A DNA stretch of 61,419 nucleotides from a virus (Duplodnaviria; Caudoviricetes). The stretch spans positions 1-61,419 of the IMG/VR virus record IMGVR_UViG_3300036881_000024, one strand, 5' to 3'. Every line of letters begins with the position of its first letter. The stretch's first letter is position 1. Made by a program: the position numbers and the translations under genes. The notes under the pieces were generated by a model. The model saw only the letters and a program-made list of their open reading frames with translations. It was not told the origin of the DNA and ran no database searches. Of this stretch, positions 38,107 through 46,334 are shown in pieces.

Positions 38107-40626
38107 TCATACTTTTGTCCTCATCATGGAACGCTTGGCATCGATAGCCGCGCTCACCTGCCCTTTGGTCGCCCCCGGAGGCACCGCGAGTCTCAGGATG
38201 CGTGCCAGAGATAATTGCTTTTCTGTCGGCTTGTCGCCGTGCCATCTCGCATCGCGCTTCACCAGCCCGGTAAATTCCTTCGGCACCATCGCGTCTGCGA
38301 TGTTAAATGCGCCAGGTAAATTCTGTGCTGAGTATTCGATCTGCGCTCCATTCAGGTTTCCGCGTATCTGGTACTCATCGCGCAAGTCTTTCGTGATTGT
38401 GACCACGCCGCGATTGACCACCAGCATGTACCCGTCGCCGTTCTTCCGCCAGCCGAATTCAGATAGCTTCGAGACTTCAGGCGGGTAGTGAACCTGAAAC
38501 AGCGCAATGTCTTCTGCTATCGCGTCCAGCTTTGACAGGCTCAGAACTTCGCTCAGGTCGGCGCTTGGAAATTCTTTGGCCACCTTCTCAAACTGTTCCT
38601 TCGCCCGGATAACTGACTTGCCCTTAAGGTCGAGATTCGTCGGCAGTCCCAACAGACTCGGCATCGTTACCAGCGAGTGCTTTGAAGTGTTGTCTACCAC
38701 ATCCATAATCAGCGTGTACTCTTTGCCGTCATCGATCCGGGTTCCCCGTCCGATCATCTGCGTAAAGAGAAGCTGAGACTTCGTGGGCTTTGCCAGCACG
38801 ATGCACTTGATTCCCGGGTCGTCGTATCCCTCTGTCAACACTGCACAGTTACACAGGACCGTCAGGGCGTTCTCTCTGTGCCGCTGGAGCTTGCGTGCGC
38901 GCTCGGGATCGTCTCCCCAAACTGCCTCGGCTTCAATGGAGCACTGTTTGAACGCCGCCGCGAGGTCGAGGGCGTGCTGAATATCCACAGTGAATACGAC
39001 CGTCTTAAATCCATAGGCGACCCGCATCCATTCCTTAACGATGATTGCGTTGCGCTCTACCGTGTTCACTGCATCCGATAGTTCATCCTCGGCAAAGTCA
39101 CCGGCCCGTGAGTGAACCTTGTCGAGATTCGTTTTGGTTGATACGCGGACGCCGCGAAGATCAACGAGCCACCCGGACTCGATGCCCGAGCGGATACCCA
39201 TGTCGAATACGATCTCATCGAAGAACTGCCTGAGCCCCTGTCCGTCGGAACGGTTGGGCGTTGCCGTCAGGCCCAGCGAAAGTATCTGCGACTCTCCCGG
39301 TCTAAGGAGGCCGAAGTATTCAAGCACGTTCCGCCACTGAGCGCCGGTCGCATGGTGACAGTTGTGAACTAGGAAGCCGTTGGCGAAATAGGTGTGAGTT
39401 TCTTCGACTTCGAGATTGTAGACATAATCACATTCAGGACGCCCGGAAGATTGTTGAGGATTTGGTCGTTCCTGAACCTCAATACCGTCCACCCTAACCC
39501 ACTCAGAAGCGCATCCTTCTTCCGGTCCTGTTCCTGTCGAGATAGCATCCCGTGAGAAGTCCCTTCGGCCTCCACACCTACCTTGAGGTCGCGGTTCCCA
39601 ACATCCAGCTTGTAGACGGTCGGATAGCCACTGCCACGGCCTTTGCCAGTAAGAACGCCAACCTCCGTTTCCCACCCCAACGCTGCTGCGAGCATCTGCT
39701 GCGGTTTCGTGAGTCCCGTCCCGTTCCCCCCGCGCACTGAGGGCTTGTGTCCCATCGCCCTCAGTGTTGCGGTCATCTTTTCTTTCGATCCCGCTCTCCG
39801 CATGGGATTGTTCGTCTTCATACGAGCCGAACAGTGCTCTAAGTTGGTCCGCGTCATGCGCTCCGAACTGAGACGTGCCACATATGCTACCTTGCAAGAA
39901 TCCGAGCAGTAAGCCCTGCCCTTTTTCGCGTATAGCATCATGCGGTCGTGTGATTGGGTGCAGAGGTCCACGTCTCCAGTGCAGTGAGAACAAGAGACGA
40001 TCATCGCTGGTGAGGTCGATTGCATTGATCCATCCTTTCTGTGTATAAATCGGATGTTCCGCCGTGCAAGTGAAGTTGCCGTCTGCGGTTTTCACCAGCA
40101 CTAAATATTCAGGCATCGGGTTCCTGTATATTCGAGAAACCCCGCGTTTTTCAATGGTCCCATTGGACTCATCATACGACAATACAGCTTCCCCAATGCG
40201 GATAGTTTCTATAGGTTTCCCGTCGATCAATGTGCCTGCTGGGAAGCACTCATCAGAGACAACGCAATCGAAGTCGTCGCGGTGAAACTTCAATATGCGC
40301 TTCGATCTTGCCCGTCCGAGCGTGGGCACGGACGCCACGATGAATGTGTCCATCGGGCTTGAGGTTCGCTCCGCCTTTTCGACGCCAACCATCAGGTCCG
40401 GGTTCCAGCGTTGCAGTTTATCCGCCGCCTGGTTAGCCAACTCCTCGCGGTGTACAAGAACCATGATCTTCTTGCGGAAGTTCATCTGGTCCCTGAGCGC
40501 CGCGAAGAGAACTGCTTTGCCGAGTCCGGTAGCCAACACGCCAAGCTGCCGCGTAATTCCCGCATCATATCTCTCTCTAACTCGCTGGAAGAATTCGCGC
40601 TGGTAGTCCCGAAGTTGAAGGGTCAT
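38107..40626 (-). CDS. Superfamily 2 DEAD/DEAH (ResIII/IRC3-like) helicase, intein-containing
   Basis: LRDYQ, ATGLGKA, SDE|CHH (motif II split by the intein), LTATPNR, LTEGYD, QMIGRGTR. Confidence 0.9.
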   Translation of the reverse strand: MTLQLRDYQREFFQRVRERYDAGITRQLGVLATGLGKAVLFAALRDQMNFRKKIMVLVHREELANQAADKLQRWNPDLMVGVEKAERTSSPMDTFIVASVPTLGRARSKRILKFHRDDFDCVVSDECFPAGTLIDGKPIETIRIGEAVLSYDESNGTIEKRGVSRIYRNPMPEYLVLVKTADGNFTCTAEHPIYTQKGWINAIDLTSDDRLLFSLHWRRGPLHPITRPHDAIREKGQGLLLGFLQGSICGTSQFGAHDADQLRALFGSYEDEQSHAESGIERKDDRNTEGDGTQALSARGERDGTHETAADARSSVGVGNGGWRSYWQRPWQWLSDRLQAGCWEPRPQGRCGGRRDFSRDAISTGTGPEEGCASEWVRVDGIEVQERPNPQQSSGRPECDYVYNLEVEETHTYFANGFLVHNCHHATGAQWRNVLEYFGLLRPGESQILSLGLTATPNRSDGQGLRQFFDEIVFDMGIRSGIESGWLVDLRGVRVSTKTNLDKVHSRAGDFAEDELSDAVNTVERNAIIVKEWMRVAYGFKTVVFTVDIQHALDLAAAFKQCSIEAEAVWGDDPERARKLQRHRENALTVLCNCAVLTEGYDDPGIKCIVLAKPTKSQLLFTQMIGRGTRIDDGKEYTLIMDVVDNTSKHSLVTMPSLLGLPTNLDLKGKSVIRAKEQFEKVAKEFPSADLSEVLSLSKLDAIAEDIALFQVHYPPEVSKLSEFGWRKNGDGYMLVVNRGVVTITKDLRDEYQIRGNLNGAQIEYSAQNLPGAFNIADAMVPKEFTGLVKRDARWHGDKPTEKQLSLARILRLAVPPGATKGQVSAAIDAKRSMMRTKV
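39361..40248 (-). mobile_element. Intein (296 aa) inserted in helicase motif II
   Basis: CFPAGTLI...TCTAEHPIYT...VYNLEVEETHTYFANGFLVHN followed by +1 Cys. Confidence 0.95.
39369..40025 (-). CDS. Nested out-of-frame DUF559/Vsr-like endonuclease inside the intein
   Basis: CSHC...YCSDSC zinc finger, NNPM..GSKEKM NUMOD-like motif, YKLDVG...VGVEAEGTSH...QDRKKDALLSGLGWTVLRFRN; AAGGATGGA upstream of the ATG. Confidence 0.85.
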   Translation of the reverse strand: MQSTSPAMIVSCSHCTGDVDLCTQSHDRMMLYAKKGRAYCSDSCKVAYVARLSSERMTRTNLEHCSARMKTNNPMRRAGSKEKMTATLRAMGHKPSVRGGNGTGLTKPQQMLAAALGWETEVGVLTGKGRGSGYPTVYKLDVGNRDLKVGVEAEGTSHGMLSRQEQDRKKDALLSGLGWTVLRFRNDQILNNLPGVLNVIMSTISKSKKLTPISPTAS

Positions 40627-40832
40627 GATTTCCTGAATGAATCCTGCTCTGTGCAAGTGGCCCAATGCGCGACCGCCGCATCCCCGCCGCGCTGCATCGG
40701 GTTCATCGGAATGTTCTTGCCGTTGGGAGTCTCCCACCATTCGATAGACTCCCCGCAGCCCTTGCACTCGGCATGGTCCTTGAACTTGTAGCCGCGCGCC
40801 GTCATTTCGTCTAGCGTTTTCGGAAATGCCAT
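40623..40832 (-). CDS. Small zinc-binding protein
   Basis: CKGCGESIEWWETPNGKNIPM...HWATC. Confidence 0.7.
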   Translation of the reverse strand: MAFPKTLDEMTARGYKFKDHAECKGCGESIEWWETPNGKNIPMNPMQRGGDAAVAHWATCTEQDSFRKS

Positions 40833-40970
40833 ACTACTCCCACCTTGTATAGCGGTCATGTTTGCTCGCCTGACTGCAAAGCCATTCCCCGCAGCGATGA
40901 ACGAATCGCCAGAATCGGGTACGGCTTACCCACACCACCGAGTATCCGAGGGCATCAACTTGGTCGTCGC

Positions 40971-41756
40971 TCACCTGTCCACCGGCACCTTTCTCTCATT
41001 CACCGTGATTGCCCCGGCACCGACGAGTTGTTCCGCTGTCCGATGCATCGACCGCACCAGCGCCCCGATTTCCTTGTCCTTCGGTGTCAGGAACTCCGGC
41101 TTGAGCTTGGTCACATCGTTCAGCACCCACTCCCACACCGACCGGAAGCTGACGCCCTGGACCTGGGGAACGGTTGACGGCAGTTCCACGGCCGGCGCTT
41201 CGACGGTCACCGCCTCTTCGAGAATGGCCTCCGCGACCTCAGTTTTGCCCTCTGCCGCGGCGAGACGGGCTTCCTCGATCAACCGGGCCTCTTCCCGCTG
41301 GCGAGCCCCTTCCTGAGCCCTCTGAGCGGCTTCGCGGCGCTTGCGCTCCTCTTCGGCGGCAAACTGCTCGCGCTCACCTTTGAGCCGCTTCGTCTCGGCC
41401 TGTATCGGCGTCAGGTAGGAGCTGCGGATTGCCGTCGCTGCCCGGTGCGCCGCGAACAGCTTCTTGATGAACGGCTCCATGAGTTCGTTGATCTCATCTT
41501 CGGTCGAGTTGAGCGCCTTGACCTGCTCCGACGCTTTCATGAACGCATCGGGATCGGAGACGGTGATCTCGCCACGGGGTCCGCGCTGGAATACGACGAT
41601 GGCCTTTGACTGCGTGACAAGAGCCTCGCTCATGGCGACGTTCGACTCCATCTCTGGCAGGTTGGCGAAGAATTGCTCAAGGGTGGTTTTCAGGTCCGCT
41701 TGCAGGTTGGTCACCTGAGTTGCGAGTGTCAGTTCGGTAGTAGCCACGGGTGTCAT
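40971..41756 (-). CDS. Coiled-coil protein of the recombination module
   Basis: Long E/R/A coil, then GVSFRSVWEW...KLKPEFL. Confidence 0.6.
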   Translation of the reverse strand: MTPVATTELTLATQVTNLQADLKTTLEQFFANLPEMESNVAMSEALVTQSKAIVVFQRGPRGEITVSDPDAFMKASEQVKALNSTEDEINELMEPFIKKLFAAHRAATAIRSSYLTPIQAETKRLKGEREQFAAEEERKRREAAQRAQEGARQREEARLIEEARLAAAEGKTEVAEAILEEAVTVEAPAVELPSTVPQVQGVSFRSVWEWVLNDVTKLKPEFLTPKDKEIGALVRSMHRTAEQLVGAGAITVNERKVPVDR

Positions 41757-42439
41757 CCTTTCATCAGCTTGTTGTTAATGCGGAATTGCGAGAGCATCAG
41801 CGCAGCCAGGAATATCTTCTCGTCGCCACGGTCCTCGTGCGGCTCGACCGCGTAGAACTTGCCAGAGCCGTTCGCCTTGTCCAAGAGATAAACGGCCATC
41901 CTCTTTACCGGCACCGATCCGTCACCCTTGAATGGAATGGCTTGCCCCGCCGTCTGGATGCGGTGACTCGGCTCCTTATCGGCGCACGTCTTGATCTCGA
42001 CCACCGCCCAGCTTCCCTTCTCCGCCTTGATCTCTTCGAGCGTGCCGAGAACGCCGAAGCGGTCCACCGTCATGCCGTAGAGCATCCCATTGACCTTGAC
42101 GGCGCAGGGAACCTCGCACCAGTTCAAGTCAGGGTTGAAGTGGAAGTCCTCGCGGAATTGCAGCCAGCCTGTGATTCGTGGGCCGTACTTCGGGTGAGCC
42201 TTCAACTGCTCAATGTCCGGCGGGTCCAGCTCCCCCTGATCCATCCACTTCGTGTACTCGTGGACCTTGGTTCCGAATTCAGCCTTGTTCTTGAGCACCA
42301 CGGGATCGATGTGCGAATAGTCGATCAGCCCGGCGGCGTCCAAAAGCTGCGTGAGCGAAATCAGCCGGTCGCCCTTGAGCCGGTAGACGTGATCCTTCTC
42401 CTCGAAGGTCAGGCCGTCTTCAGTCCTGAAAAACTCCAC
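41753..42439 (-). CDS. PD-(D/E)XK exonuclease-like protein
   Basis: FEEKDHVY..., GTKVHE, GMTVDRFG...VVEIKT, IQTAGQ; own RBS GGAGG and GTG at 42439. Confidence 0.75.
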   Translation of the reverse strand: MEFFRTEDGLTFEEKDHVYRLKGDRLISLTQLLDAAGLIDYSHIDPVVLKNKAEFGTKVHEYTKWMDQGELDPPDIEQLKAHPKYGPRITGWLQFREDFHFNPDLNWCEVPCAVKVNGMLYGMTVDRFGVLGTLEEIKAEKGSWAVVEIKTCADKEPSHRIQTAGQAIPFKGDGSVPVKRMAVYLLDKANGSGKFYAVEPHEDRGDEKIFLAALMLSQFRINNKLMKG

Positions 42440-42603
42440 TACTCTACCTCCCGCGCTTTGAGCATCGCGTCGGCCCATCGGTAAGCCTTTGCCGCCATTA
42501 GGTCCGCTTGCTCGATCCCCTGCGGGAAACCGGCCAGCATCCCCACCATTGCCGCCATCGCAAACTCGTCCCGCAGTGTTTTGTACGTCACTGGTTGTTC
42601 CAT
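42439..42603 (-). CDS. Small phage protein (LRDEFA...AY..ADAML..R type), nested in an alternative frame
   Basis: MEQPVTYKTLRDEFAMAAMVGMLAG...AKAYRWADAMLKAREVE*; RBS AAGGTG. Confidence 0.75.
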   Translation of the reverse strand: MEQPVTYKTLRDEFAMAAMVGMLAGFPQGIEQADLMAAKAYRWADAMLKAREVE

Positions 42604-42826
42604 TGCTCACCTTCTCCGGCTTCTCTACCGGGTACTTCCCCTTCACGGTCTGCGTGAAGTATTTGTCGGGATACGGCACGCGTCGGAGGCTAACCCAAAT
42701 CTTCTCCGGCACGCCCTTAAATCGGTACGTCCCCGACTTTGCGAACTGCACAGCGAGGATTCCATCCACCGGCTCGTAACCGGCGCTGACGATGTTCTTC
42801 CCGCGTATGGACACCATCTGCATCAC
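42604..42826 (-). CDS. KTSC-domain protein (no stop of its own; frame continues into the exonuclease)
   Basis: NIVSAGYE...LAVQFAKSGTYRFKGVP...DKYFTQTVKGKYP. Confidence 0.7.
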
Positions 42827-43095
42827 GACACCTGCTGCGGCTCCGTCTCAATCTTCGTGAACGGATACTTCTCAGGGAACGGCTTGATGTGCTGGTGGAA
42901 GTACCGTCCCACGCTCTCTGCCGTCATCAGAGCCGCGTGAACGTCCTGCGGGACAAACTGGTAGTGGTACTCGCTTCCCCGCTGTCCCGCTTCCTTCTGC
43001 TTCTTCGTCGGCGTGAAGCGGATGCCGAGGGTTTCCGTCTCCGCCTCATAGCCAACAGCTTCGATCTGTGAACTTTCAACGCTCTGCCAAATCAT
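42823..43095 (-). CDS. KTSC-domain protein
   Basis: VESSQIEAVGYE...YHYQFVP...LMTAESVGRYFHQHIK. Confidence 0.85.
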   Translation of the reverse strand: MIWQSVESSQIEAVGYEAETETLGIRFTPTKKQKEAGQRGSEYHYQFVPQDVHAALMTAESVGRYFHQHIKPFPEKYPFTKIETEPQQVS

Positions 43096-43109
43096 CGCGG
43101 GTTATCCTT

Positions 43110-43424
43110 TCAAAACGGAAGATCGTCGTCTTTGACTTTGGCGACGGTTACTGGCTCCGGCAGTGGAGCGGGTTCTGGTACAGGTTCCGGTTCTGGCGCT
43201 GGCTCAAACAACGCCGTAGAGAGACCGCCGCAGGCCGAATCGTCCAACTTCGGGATGAGGAGGTTAGCAGCGTCCCGACATGGCCTTGCGCCGTAGGTCC
43301 CGTGGTAAGCATTGGCGCACACCTTTTCGTGCAGCCATTCCTCGAAGCGATCCCGAAGGACGCTCTGCCTCTCGGTGAGAGCCGTCCCTTCGATGATCTT
43401 TCCGTCCTCTGTGATGAACTTCAT
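43110..43424 (-). CDS. Hypothetical protein with an SSB-like acidic tail
   Basis: Ends in DDDLPF. Confidence 0.55.
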   Translation of the reverse strand: MKFITEDGKIIEGTALTERQSVLRDRFEEWLHEKVCANAYHGTYGARPCRDAANLLIPKLDDSACGGLSTALFEPAPEPEPVPEPAPLPEPVTVAKVKDDDLPF

Positions 43425-43433
43425 GGTTCCCTC

Positions 43434-44522
43434 CTACTTGGGTTTGTTCTGGTGAAAGCGCATTTGGGGATCGATCGCGTCTACGGCCGCTTCGTACAGC
43501 CGCTTCGGGATGCCGTCACGATGGCCGTGGTAGCCGAGCTTTGCCAGCCGCGCCTTGCACTCCCCTTCCGACAGGTCAGCCGAGCGCATGATCGCAAAAA
43601 ATCTCTTACTTTGGGGTCCGGTGATCGTCGGCTCCGAGGTCACCACTTCGCCTTGTACCGCCCCGCCTTGCCCTTGGCTTGGCTCAGGTGAGGCCGCTGG
43701 AGCTTGGGGGGAGGGTTGGGCACCCCTCTGGCTCCGAGGGCGTATATCGGGTTCTGGAGCGTTGTGCGATATTGCACTGCCCTCAGTCGTCCCATTCGGA
43801 GCAGCCCCACCCGAAGCCGAGGATGGTTGCGTAGTCGTCGTTCCAGTCGCGCTCTGAATCGGCTCCGTCCCCTCTTCCACGGTCCCCGTCATCTCCTCTG
43901 CCGGTGTCGGCTTGTACCCGGCGAGAACCACGACCCACTTGAAGAGGTTTGACAGCGCCTTCGCACAGGCCCGTGTCTGCGCCATCGACCGAAGCTGGAA
44001 TAGCGGAGTCGCAATCTCTCCGACCTTGACCTTTTTGCGCTTTGGCAAGTCTTTTCCCTTGGCTGCGTTGTATTCCCATATCTTTTTCCCCTGTCCATCC
44101 AGAACGTCTTCCCACTCGTACTGTGGCCTCATGCCCCAATTCTCTTCGTCATTGAGGCACATCGCTTCGCCCCGGCTCACTTCCCGCCCGTTGCAGTCCA
44201 GAGCAACCGCCGCGGCCTCGAACCCCTGCGCTTCGCCGAACTGGACGAACCGCGTGCTCTCGATCTTTGCCGTGACGCCGTAGAACTTAGCTACGGTCTG
44301 CCAGTCTCCGCTCTCAAGGTACGTCTCACCGTTGAAGACGATCTGCTTCTTCTTCGACTTCACCACCTTCATCAGCGCAGCGGCGGCTTTCTGTGCGTCG
44401 GCCAGAACTTCTTCCGGCTCCCGCGTTACCGCCAGCGCCTCGCCGGGGATGTACCGGACCATCTCGCTTCGGATTGGAGTTGCATCCATCATCGGTGCCT
44501 CTTGATCCACTTCGTTTGCCAT
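43434..44522 (-). CDS. Putative single-strand annealing/recombination protein
   Basis: SMAQTRACAKAL...LAGYKPTPAEEM; sits upstream of the exonuclease. Confidence 0.55.
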   Translation of the reverse strand: MANEVDQEAPMMDATPIRSEMVRYIPGEALAVTREPEEVLADAQKAAAALMKVVKSKKKQIVFNGETYLESGDWQTVAKFYGVTAKIESTRFVQFGEAQGFEAAAVALDCNGREVSRGEAMCLNDEENWGMRPQYEWEDVLDGQGKKIWEYNAAKGKDLPKRKKVKVGEIATPLFQLRSMAQTRACAKALSNLFKWVVVLAGYKPTPAEEMTGTVEEGTEPIQSATGTTTTQPSSASGGAAPNGTTEGSAISHNAPEPDIRPRSQRGAQPSPQAPAASPEPSQGQGGAVQGEVVTSEPTITGPQSKRFFAIMRSADLSEGECKARLAKLGYHGHRDGIPKRLYEAAVDAIDPQMRFHQNKPK

Positions 44523-44534
44523 GTTCCCTCTCTC

Positions 44535-44843
44535 TCAGAACTTTCCGAATTCGCGGTTGCCCCGTGTGATCCTTGCTTCCTTGCCTTCCACCAAATCGAA
44601 ATTCGCCAGCAACTCTCCGGCGAAGTCCTTGCAACGGTCACAGTAGCCGCCGTTGGTTTTCTGTTGGCGGTCGAATTGCTGCTCAACTTGATCGGCCGTG
44701 TATCCCGCCGTGAGCTTGAGCGCGAAGTCATGGTAGGAGTTTTCTTCGCACAGCCACTTCGCCAGCTTGTCTAGCGCATCTTTGTCCAACTGTGAGACTG
44801 TTTCCACTCCCGACGATGTGTGAGCCAGTACCGGGTTTAGCAT
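44535..44843 (-). CDS. Hypothetical protein
   Basis: First gene of the leftward early operon; RBS GAGGG. Confidence 0.55.
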   Translation of the reverse strand: MLNPVLAHTSSGVETVSQLDKDALDKLAKWLCEENSYHDFALKLTAGYTADQVEQQFDRQQKTNGGYCDRCKDFAGELLANFDLVEGKEARITRGNREFGKF

Positions 44844-44937
44844 CTGGTTTCCCTCTTCTTTACGGAGGCTAGCATAGCCGTTTCTTGTTGTCAACTTTTT
44901 TGTTGCAATTACTTTTGAAGTGTGCAACGATGTGTCC

Positions 44938-45162
44938 ATGAAGTTCTACACCGAAGGCGAATTGTTCAAAGTTCTGCGGGAGAAGTTTCAGCCTCGCGCA
45001 GGCCAGACGCAAACTCAGACGGCGGCGAAGCTCGGCTTTTCTGTCCAGTTCATCAATATGGTGCTTGATGGCCAGCGGCCAGTTACAAAGGATATGGCCT
45101 CTGCGCTTGGTTTCCGCGAGTGTCCGCGCAGGTTCACCCGCAAAGCGACCGCAAAGCCATGA
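44938..45162 (+). CDS. Cro/XRE-like HTH protein
   Basis: TQTQTAAKLGFSVQFINMVLDGQRPVT; sits at a divergent AT-rich promoter (44850-44937). Confidence 0.8.
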   Translation: MKFYTEGELFKVLREKFQPRAGQTQTQTAAKLGFSVQFINMVLDGQRPVTKDMASALGFRECPRRFTRKATAKP

Positions 45163-45274
45163 CGCTGCTGGACCTGTTCTGCATCATCCCGGCCATCGGC
45201 ATTGCGCTGATGCTGCTTTTGCCGGCACGAAAAGAGTGGTAACGCCCGGCGGCAAGCCGGAGAAGGGGATCGCA

Positions 45275-45904
45275 ATGACACTGACCACCACATTTAAGCG
45301 GCTGCGCAAGGCTCACGCCTGCTCATCGCGCTACAAGTTTCTGCGCAAAGCTCTACCGCGCAAAAAGTACGGCGACGACACGCCCATCAACCTGCTCATG
45401 ATCTTAAAGACGAACGGCCTCAACAATGCGCTGTGGGCGCTCCGCGCGGTAACGACGAGTCGTGCTGAGGCAAGGGCATGGGCTATTCACGCTCTTAGCA
45501 TCTGCGATCCAGAACTGAAAACGTGGGAAACAAACCGCATTGTAGATTCTTTGATTCGGTTGATGGCGGCTGATTTCGCCGAGGAAGTTTTGCCGATCTG
45601 GCAGAAATACGCTCCTGATGACAAGCGCCCGGAGTTGGCGATTAAAGCGGCGCGGGATTTCGCAAACGGACGTATCTCCCGCGAGGCATTGGCCGCCGCC
45701 GGGGACGCCGCCGGGGACGCCGCCTGGGCCGCCGCCGGGGCCGCCAGGGACGCCGCCTGGGCCGCCGCCGGGGACGCCGCCTGGGCCGCCGCCGGGGCCG
45801 CCAGGGACGCCGCCGGGGCCGCCGCCAGGGACGCCGCTCAACAAAAGCAGCGCGAGATTTTCACTCGTTACCTGCAACCCGCCAAGAGGAAGGTCCGCCC
45901 GTGA
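45275..45904 (+). CDS. Ala-repeat phage protein (AAGDAAWA repeats)
   Basis: DKRPELAIKAARDFANG followed by 12-nt-unit repeats at about 45692-45838. Confidence 0.75.
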   Translation: MTLTTTFKRLRKAHACSSRYKFLRKALPRKKYGDDTPINLLMILKTNGLNNALWALRAVTTSRAEARAWAIHALSICDPELKTWETNRIVDSLIRLMAADFAEEVLPIWQKYAPDDKRPELAIKAARDFANGRISREALAAAGDAAGDAAWAAAGAARDAAWAAAGDAAWAAAGAARDAAGAAARDAAQQKQREIFTRYLQPAKRKVRP

Positions 45905-46038
45905 CCGCGCTCGCCCTTATCCTCGCCGCCGCGTTCCTCGTGGGTGTGCCGTGGGTCATGTGGTACAGCCGGTGCTGGCACAGGCGCGCGGTGGAGCGCC
46001 CCGACATGCGCGATCACAGGCAGAAGGGACGGTGAGCC

Positions 46039-46287
46039 ATGACCGATGAAGAGTTAAAGAATAAGACAGCCCTCATCCTGAATTTGGCGATGCTCGTTAG
46101 GCGGCTGGTACGGAAAATGCACCAACTTGCCCCGACCGATCCCATCATTCAACAAGCAATGGACTTTCTCTCCAAGAATGGATTGCAGGGAAGTGTATTG
46201 CGCGCCGAAGCAAGCGAACACGACCGCGACTGGTATCAGGAGAACGATCCTCAATCGCTGGTCGATTCGATCAACAACAGCAAATAG
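46039..46287 (+). CDS. Hypothetical protein
   Basis: Lower-GC ORF between repeat copies. Confidence 0.6.
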   Translation: MTDEELKNKTALILNLAMLVRRLVRKMHQLAPTDPIIQQAMDFLSKNGLQGSVLRAEASEHDRDWYQENDPQSLVDSINNSK

Positions 46288-46334
46288 AACGCGGCCGGAC
46301 ACGCGCGATCACAGAATGAAAGGAAGGTAAATCA

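Noticed and set aside
40627-40767. N-terminal extension of the helicase given in the ORF track
   Set aside because: It overlaps the real zinc-binding gene 40623..40832; helicase motifs start at ATG 40626 with ATGA coupling.
45404-46049. Collagen-like or Pro/Gly-rich ORFs (45618..46049 + and 45404..45877 -)
   Set aside because: They are shadow frames of the GCC-rich Ala repeat in the real gene 45275..45904.
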